DNA of 64,000 nucleotides from Leptonemataceae bacterium (GTDB lineage Bacteria; Spirochaetota; Leptospiria; Leptospirales; Leptonemataceae): NCBI GenBank assembly GCA_965227295.1, contig OZ245742.1, positions 2,240,001 to 2,304,000 of the forward strand, read 5' to 3'. Shown piece by piece: positions 59,361 to 64,000 of this stretch (position 1 is its first letter; each line of letters starts with the position of its first letter). The notes under the pieces were generated by a model. It saw only the letters and a program-made list of their open reading frames with translations, ran no database searches and was not told where the DNA came from. The position numbers and the translations under genes were made by a program.

Positions 59361-60052
59361 GGGCTTGTCTCCTGAAGTGGTGCGACCCGGGGCCGCGTAG
59401 TATTTAATGAGAGCAGGTTAGCGCTACGGGCGGCGGCTTTCTGCAACGCGATGAGCAACGTCACCCCGGCAATGCACACAGCCAGCAGGAAGATTTCGTA
59501 CGTGAGGTCGCGACCGAAGACGTTGTTGCCGCCGTCGTTGAGTTTCAGCAGCAACGCGAAGATCAGAAACGCGGGGAGAATCACCGTGGAAAAATGCAGA
59601 ATGAGAATGCGGGCACGTAGACGCGGTGTAAAGATGCGGCCGGACTCGCGAATCAGTTCGTCGCCCGGATACAGGGCCGGCATGAGGAAACGACGCACGA
59701 GATACTCCGCGCCGTAGTAGGACGGCACGAAGATCACACCGGCCTGGGTAAACAGCTGCAGGCCGATGAAAGCCAGGTGATCCATCTGTAGCTCAAGGCC
59801 GCGCACGCCGATAGCGATCAGCGTAAATACAAAGCCGGCGATCCATCCCGCCGAGCCGATCAACGAAGAACTGAGCGGCAGGTTCGCGAGGCGTCTGCGC
59901 GTTGCCGCCGGCAGAGCGGACGGATCCTGCGCGCGAAAAAAACGCACCAGCGGCGGCACCACGAAGACGCCGAAGAGCGCCACCACCACCGGAAAGGGCA
60001 GGGCAAACGACATCATACGCGTAACGGAAGCTTCGGCGATCCAGTATGTCAT
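59357..60052 (-). CDS. Multi-pass membrane protein resembling an isolated sensor region
   Basis: About 5 TM helices; RRRLANLP motif; no cytoplasmic output domain; ATGA overlap with the oxygenase. Confidence 0.55.
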   Translation of the reverse strand: MTYWIAEASVTRMMSFALPFPVVVALFGVFVVPPLVRFFRAQDPSALPAATRRRLANLPLSSSLIGSAGWIAGFVFTLIAIGVRGLELQMDHLAFIGLQLFTQAGVIFVPSYYGAEYLVRRFLMPALYPGDELIRESGRIFTPRLRARILILHFSTVILPAFLIFALLLKLNDGGNNVFGRDLTYEIFLLAVCIAGVTLLIALQKAAARSANLLSLNTTRPRVAPLQETSP

Positions 60053-60055
60053 CCT

Positions 60056-60098
60056 CGCAGATATATCTAAAAGATATATCTGCGCACTGGCGGGTCAA
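60056..60098 (-). promoter_or_regulatory. Candidate sigma70 promoter overlapped by a 13-3-13 inverted-repeat operator (probably PadR)
   Basis: cgcagatatatct-aaa-agatatatctgcg (60056-60084); TTGACC (60098-60093), 16 bp, TATCTT (60076-60071). Confidence 0.7.
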
Positions 60099-60101
60099 CA
60101 C

Positions 60102-60132
60102 AAAAAAATCCAGGCGGAGGCCGCCTGGATTT
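60102..60132 (-). terminator. Rho-independent terminator after the NlpC/P60 gene
   Basis: Minus strand aaatccaggcgg-cct-ccgcctggattttttt, a GC hairpin followed by a T-run. Confidence 0.8.
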
Positions 60133-60148
60133 CGGAGGAGTGTGGAGA

Positions 60149-60646
60149 TCAGCGCGCCGTGCGGGCGCCGCGAAAGCGATCCTGCCAGTAGGGCACGTCG
60201 AAGCGTTCCAGACGGACGGTGTCCCCGGACTTCGGGGCGTGGATGAACCAGCGTCCGCCGGTGTTCGGGGCGCCGGCCTGGTCCGCGTCGCCCAGGAAGA
60301 CGCCGACGTGGGTAATGCCGTCGGCCCCGGGATCGGCGGAGAAGAAGACCAGGTCCCCGCGGCGCGGCTCCCCGGGCACGATGGCCAGCCGATCGAACTG
60401 CTCGCCGGTGCTGCGCGGGATGCGCGTCCCGGCAATGCGATACGTATACATGGCAAAGCCGGAGCAGTCGAAGCCGCCCGGATCACTGCCGCCGTACAGG
60501 TACGGGCTGCCTTCGAATTCCCGGGCCAGCTCGGCCACGTCGGGCCGCGCCGGGGGGTAGTTTTCCCGGCCCTGGGCAAACGTAATCGCGACGACGCCGA
60601 ACGCCGTCAGAGTCGCGATCCAGAAGTGTTGGAACAAGGTCTTCAT
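60149..60646 (-). CDS. NlpC/P60 (C40) peptidase
   Basis: GSPYLYGG..PGGFDCSG, GDLVFF, THVGVF and FIHA; signal peptide. Confidence 0.9.
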   Translation of the reverse strand: MKTLFQHFWIATLTAFGVVAITFAQGRENYPPARPDVAELAREFEGSPYLYGGSDPGGFDCSGFAMYTYRIAGTRIPRSTGEQFDRLAIVPGEPRRGDLVFFSADPGADGITHVGVFLGDADQAGAPNTGGRWFIHAPKSGDTVRLERFDVPYWQDRFRGARTAR

Positions 60647-60847
60647 GCTCGCCTCCGTATGAGACGAGAGTTGCAACGGATGTACCTGGCGAAAAAACGG
60701 CGAAATTGGGTGATTTCTGTTTAGAAAGTGGAATGTTTTTATGTCAGAATGAAGTGATTTTAACTCAGTAGAATGGGTGCAGGACTTTTTGGGCGTCTGC
60801 CCCGCCGCGGTTGTAGGGGGGCACCGAAGGATCGCAATGGCTTCTTC

Positions 60848-60964
60848 GCGCCAGGGATTGGAAGGGTCGCGGCGCAGCCGCGAGTCCGGAGCGTAGCGGA
60901 GGACCGAAGCGCGTAGCGCGGAGCCCTGGAAAGCCCGGTCGCCGCCGAAGGCGGCGAGGCGCCC
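60848..60964 (-). repeat. Divergent copy of the structured repeat, reverse orientation
   Basis: Minus strand gggcgcc...agggctccgc...ttcggtcc...ggactcgcggc...gccgcgaccct...atccctggcgc. Confidence 0.75.
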
Positions 60965-61007
60965 AAAAAATTCATTTCAATTTCACCATGATTTTTAGTT
61001 AAGAGAT

Positions 61008-61135
61008 CGTTTGCCGTCGGCTGCGGTTTTAGCCACGGAGGGCTTTATGCTGCGGAGGCCAGGAGGGCCGAGAGCAGCACTCCGCGCCAGGCGCTCCGGA
61101 CTGGCGCTTCGCGCCACCCCTCCAATCGCTAACGC
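61008..61135 (+). repeat. Degenerate copy of the structured repeat
   Basis: 3' half ggactggcgc-ttc-gcgccaccc...atcgctaacgc matches the family. Confidence 0.55.
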
Positions 61136-61179
61136 AAGAGTTGCTAATTTGGAGCCGCTCCGTCCAGGTCGTTCGCGTA

Positions 61180-62247
61180 TTACTCATCTCCCTCCCAGTC
61201 CCAGAAGAAGTCCGCGTTCGTTAACTCTTCTTCACTGGAAGTTTGTGATTCCGCCGCCGGATTGATCTCGGGGTCGCGGTCGAACAGGCGCACCTGTTCT
61301 TCGAGGTCGACGACCTCGGATTCCCAGTACTCCATGGAACCCCAGTTCGGGAAGGCGTGTGTGAAGGCCGGGTCGTCCCGGCGGCGGGCGATCCAGGCGG
61401 TGTAGTGAATGTAGCGGAGCGCGCGCAACGGTTCAATGAGTCTCAGCCAGGCGTCGTCGAACTCGCGGAACGTACGGTAGGCGTCCAGAAACACCCGGCG
61501 CTGACGCAGGCCCTCCACGTCCCGGGCCGGCACGAGCATCCAGACGTCCTGCACGGCCGGGCCGACCAGGAAATCGTCGAAGTCCAGGAAGAACCAGCCG
61601 TCGTTCCCGTGCAGCAGATTCGCAATGTGGCAGTCGCCGTGGATGCGATGCACCGGCACGCCGTCGCTTAAGTTATTGTAAACGGAAATTACGCCCTCGA
61701 CCGCGCTGCGATAACGCGCGGCCAGGTGCGTGGGGATGAGGTCGTGTTCTTCCAGGTAGGCCAGGGGCGCGCGGGCGTAACGTTCGGTATCCAGAGTAAT
61801 GCGATGCTCCGCCGGTCGCGCGGCGCCGACGTTGTGGATGCGCGCGACCAGGCGGCCCAGGATTTCCAACTGATCGTCGGAGAACTCGTCGGCCATGCGT
61901 CCGCCGGTGCGCGGCCAGATCGCGTACAAGATGTCCTCGGTCTCGCGCAGGCTATCGTCGCCGTCCGGGAACAACAACGGGGCGCAGACGGGAATCTCGT
62001 TGGCGCGCAGTTCGAACAGGAAGCCGTGCTCTTCTTCGATTTGCGCCCGGGACCAACGGCCGGGACGGTAAAATTTTGCAATGACGTGGCGTTGTTCTGC
62101 GTCTTCGAATTCGCAGCGCACGTCGTAGACGCGGTTCTCCAACGAGTTCAACTGCTGGCAGTGTCCCGTGGGTTCGAAGCCGCCGGCCGCCACGGCGTCC
62201 AGCACACGATCCGGTGTCAGCGCAAAGAAAGTATCAGAGTCCGCCAT
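61180..62247 (-). CDS. srkA: Serine/threonine protein kinase SrkA/RdoA (YihE)
   Basis: LNSLENRVY, AKFYRPGRWS, IHGDCH..N, LDFDD, GPAVQDVW and WIARRRDDPAF..AFP. Confidence 0.9.
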   Translation of the reverse strand: MADSDTFFALTPDRVLDAVAAGGFEPTGHCQQLNSLENRVYDVRCEFEDAEQRHVIAKFYRPGRWSRAQIEEEHGFLFELRANEIPVCAPLLFPDGDDSLRETEDILYAIWPRTGGRMADEFSDDQLEILGRLVARIHNVGAARPAEHRITLDTERYARAPLAYLEEHDLIPTHLAARYRSAVEGVISVYNNLSDGVPVHRIHGDCHIANLLHGNDGWFFLDFDDFLVGPAVQDVWMLVPARDVEGLRQRRVFLDAYRTFREFDDAWLRLIEPLRALRYIHYTAWIARRRDDPAFTHAFPNWGSMEYWESEVVDLEEQVRLFDRDPEINPAAESQTSSEEELTNADFFWDWEGDE

Positions 62248-62295
62248 GCAGCGGATAGGAAGATGCGGTGTACGTTGACGGTCAATTTTTTTTGT

Positions 62296-62361
62296 GGTAC
62301 GTTAGAGAGCGCCCTGTTGCCCGGTTTCACCGTGGATGTCGACCGGTTCTACGCCGACTGA
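62296..62361 (+). pseudogene. Possible 3' remnant of a Uma2-family gene
   Basis: GTLESALLPGFTVDVDRFYAD* resembles the Uma2 C-terminus GAIESDILPGFTVDARQLY at 34471-35067. Confidence 0.5.
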
Positions 62362-63780
62362 TCAGCCGTCCTCCGTCCCGTTTCGCGCCCACTTCTTCTG
62401 GTTCACCGCCGACTTCATGTTCTCGAGGGCGTCCAGGGAAATCGCGCGGAACAACTCGTCCGCCGGAGAGCCGCGACCTTCTTTCATAATATCATCCAGT
62501 ACGAAGTTAACGATCTCCCCGATGATCTCCTCGCCCCGATCGCCGTCCAGAGACTCCGCCAGGGTGTCGTTGATGCCGTCGAAGACCGCCACGCCGATTT
62601 CCCGCGTGAGCCGCTCTTTAATGAAGTCCGGCACGAACTGGAGCGACGGCACGCGCCGGGCCGCGTCTTCCAGGCTCTTGCCGAGCAACTGTCGCGTCCG
62701 TTCCTGGCCGGGTCGCTGCGCCGACATGCGCTGCACGTAACCGACGATGAGTGTCTTGAGTTCCTCCCGTCGCGGCTCGAGCGCCCTCAGGAAAATGTCG
62801 ATGCTCGCGCCGCTCTTGATTTCGTCCTGCATCTCGGAGAGAATGCGCGCCGCCACGCGGTCGGAGATCTCCTCCGTAATGATCGCCGAGTAGCTCTTAA
62901 CGGCGCGGCTGATGAAGTCGTCCCCGACCTTCGTGAGATCGCTGCGGTGCAGACGTACATAAATCGAAAGCACGCGGAACAAACGAAAGATGCGAAACTC
63001 CGCGAACGGGATGAGCCCGAGCACGTCGTACCAGTTGTAGATCGGAAAGAGCCACCAGCGCACGAGAGTACGCCGGCGCACGGCCAGAAACCAGCGTACC
63101 AAAAACTCAATCAAGAACACAATCAAGAACGGTGCGTCCAGGCGCAGGAAGTGGTCTTCGTACCGGCCGCTCAAATCCCGCCGGCGCTCGAAGTTCATTT
63201 CGAAGAGCGGCCGGACTCGTTCACGAAAGTAGGCCGCGCGTTCCTTCGCGGAATCCGGGGCCGTCCAGAAGGCTTCCGAGGCCGTGGCGAAGGCCGGCAC
63301 ACTGTTCTTCGGCGTGCGCGCGTCTTCGAAAATGCCGAGGCCGCTGAAGCCGCGGTCCGGTTCCGGTCCCTCCGCCGGGGGGAGCTCGCCGCCGGCGTAC
63401 TCGCGCATCGCGTCGGCGGCCCGGCGCAGATTCGCACTCTGGCCGGACTCCGCGAAGGGATTGTTCTCCGCGAAACTGCGGGAGAGTTCGATGAGTTCCC
63501 CGGCCAGGGCCTCGCGTTCCGCGGCCTGGTCCGCCTCGAAGTAACGTTCGGCGCGATTCAAATATTCCCGGGTCTGCGGATCGTCCTCGACGCCTTTGAC
63601 GGGGTCGTAGATCTCCACGACGATCGGACTATACGCAAACAAATACGGTCGCAGATAAAAATACGTCCAGTCGAAGCCGATCAACAGCACGTTGATGACG
63701 GCGATGAGGATCATGAACAGGTCCCAGGCCAGGCGCAGGCTGAAACCGCGTTCGCGAATTTGCTTGAGGTCGAGCACCAT
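62362..63780 (-). CDS. Ion-transporter-like membrane protein (voltage-sensor-like segment)
   Basis: FLIEFLVRW...NWYDVLGLIP...FRIFRLFRV S2-S4-like pattern; EEISDRV. Confidence 0.65.
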   Translation of the reverse strand: MVLDLKQIRERGFSLRLAWDLFMILIAVINVLLIGFDWTYFYLRPYLFAYSPIVVEIYDPVKGVEDDPQTREYLNRAERYFEADQAAEREALAGELIELSRSFAENNPFAESGQSANLRRAADAMREYAGGELPPAEGPEPDRGFSGLGIFEDARTPKNSVPAFATASEAFWTAPDSAKERAAYFRERVRPLFEMNFERRRDLSGRYEDHFLRLDAPFLIVFLIEFLVRWFLAVRRRTLVRWWLFPIYNWYDVLGLIPFAEFRIFRLFRVLSIYVRLHRSDLTKVGDDFISRAVKSYSAIITEEISDRVAARILSEMQDEIKSGASIDIFLRALEPRREELKTLIVGYVQRMSAQRPGQERTRQLLGKSLEDAARRVPSLQFVPDFIKERLTREIGVAVFDGINDTLAESLDGDRGEEIIGEIVNFVLDDIMKEGRGSPADELFRAISLDALENMKSAVNQKKWARNGTEDG

Positions 63781-63831
63781 TGTATTAGAAGATACCGTGC
63801 TTTCGGTGTTCCGGCGAGCCAGGGGGAGTCG

Positions 63832-64000
63832 ATGAACTATGATCTCGAAGTGAAACATCAGCCGGCGGCGGCCGGAAAAAATGCGCCGCCGTTGCTGTTC
63901 GTACATGGAGCCTGGCACGGCGCCTGGTGTTGGGCGGAGCACTTTCTGCCGTACTTTGCAGCCCAGGGCTTCGATGCGTACGCCCTCAGTTTGCGCGGTC
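63832..64000 (+). CDS. Alpha/beta hydrolase (partial, runs off the window; absent from the ORF track)
   Basis: MNYDLEV...PPLLFVHGAWHGAWCWAEHFLPYFAAQGFDAYALSLRG; GGAG RBS. Confidence 0.85.
   Translation, partial: MNYDLEVKHQPAAAGKNAPPLLFVHGAWHGAWCWAEHFLPYFAAQGFDAYALSLRG

Noticed and set aside
63781..63942. N-terminal extension of the 526-aa ORF
   Set aside because: It overlaps the divergent alpha/beta hydrolase starting at 63832; the ATG at 63780 is the more plausible start

Overview
GC-rich bacterial chromosomal segment, probably Leptospirales/Leptospiraceae-like (inferred from the 7TM-DISM sensor, a SpoIIE phosphatase with a QQDGDYFLTSLL motif and a TIGR04388-like giant HINT protein). About 40 kb is ordinary: DsbD/redoxin, a desaturase-CFA synthase-FAD oxidoreductase trio, nadC, biotin carboxylase, a sensor kinase/phosphatase pair, an NSS transporter, enoyl-CoA hydratase, RhlE helicase, an RND pump, a carotenoid oxygenase-PadR operon, NlpC/P60 and SrkA. 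Two accessory loci stand out. (1) 39.5-56.5 kb, minus strand: a polymorphic toxin system. A ~1840-aa secreted protein ends in HINT + toxin and is followed by an immunity gene and an array of silent cassettes (duplicated pre-HINT DNA, a different HINT, a different toxin tip, an immunity gene). Every cassette begins exactly at a copy of a ~120-140-bp multi-hairpin repeat whose stems covary. (2) 24.6-32.2 kb, minus strand: a tightly coupled five-gene operon encoding an EEP nuclease-like protein, a 1447-aa beta-rich protein, a 226-aa protein, a 71-aa Nif11-like peptide and a putative prenyltransferase-like enzyme. The 1447-aa and 226-aa proteins share an 11-residue Trp-repeat tail ending NP[ST]KW, suggesting a RiPP-like protein-modification system. 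No rRNA, tRNA or CRISPR array was seen. All family assignments come from motif recognition by eye, not from database searches.
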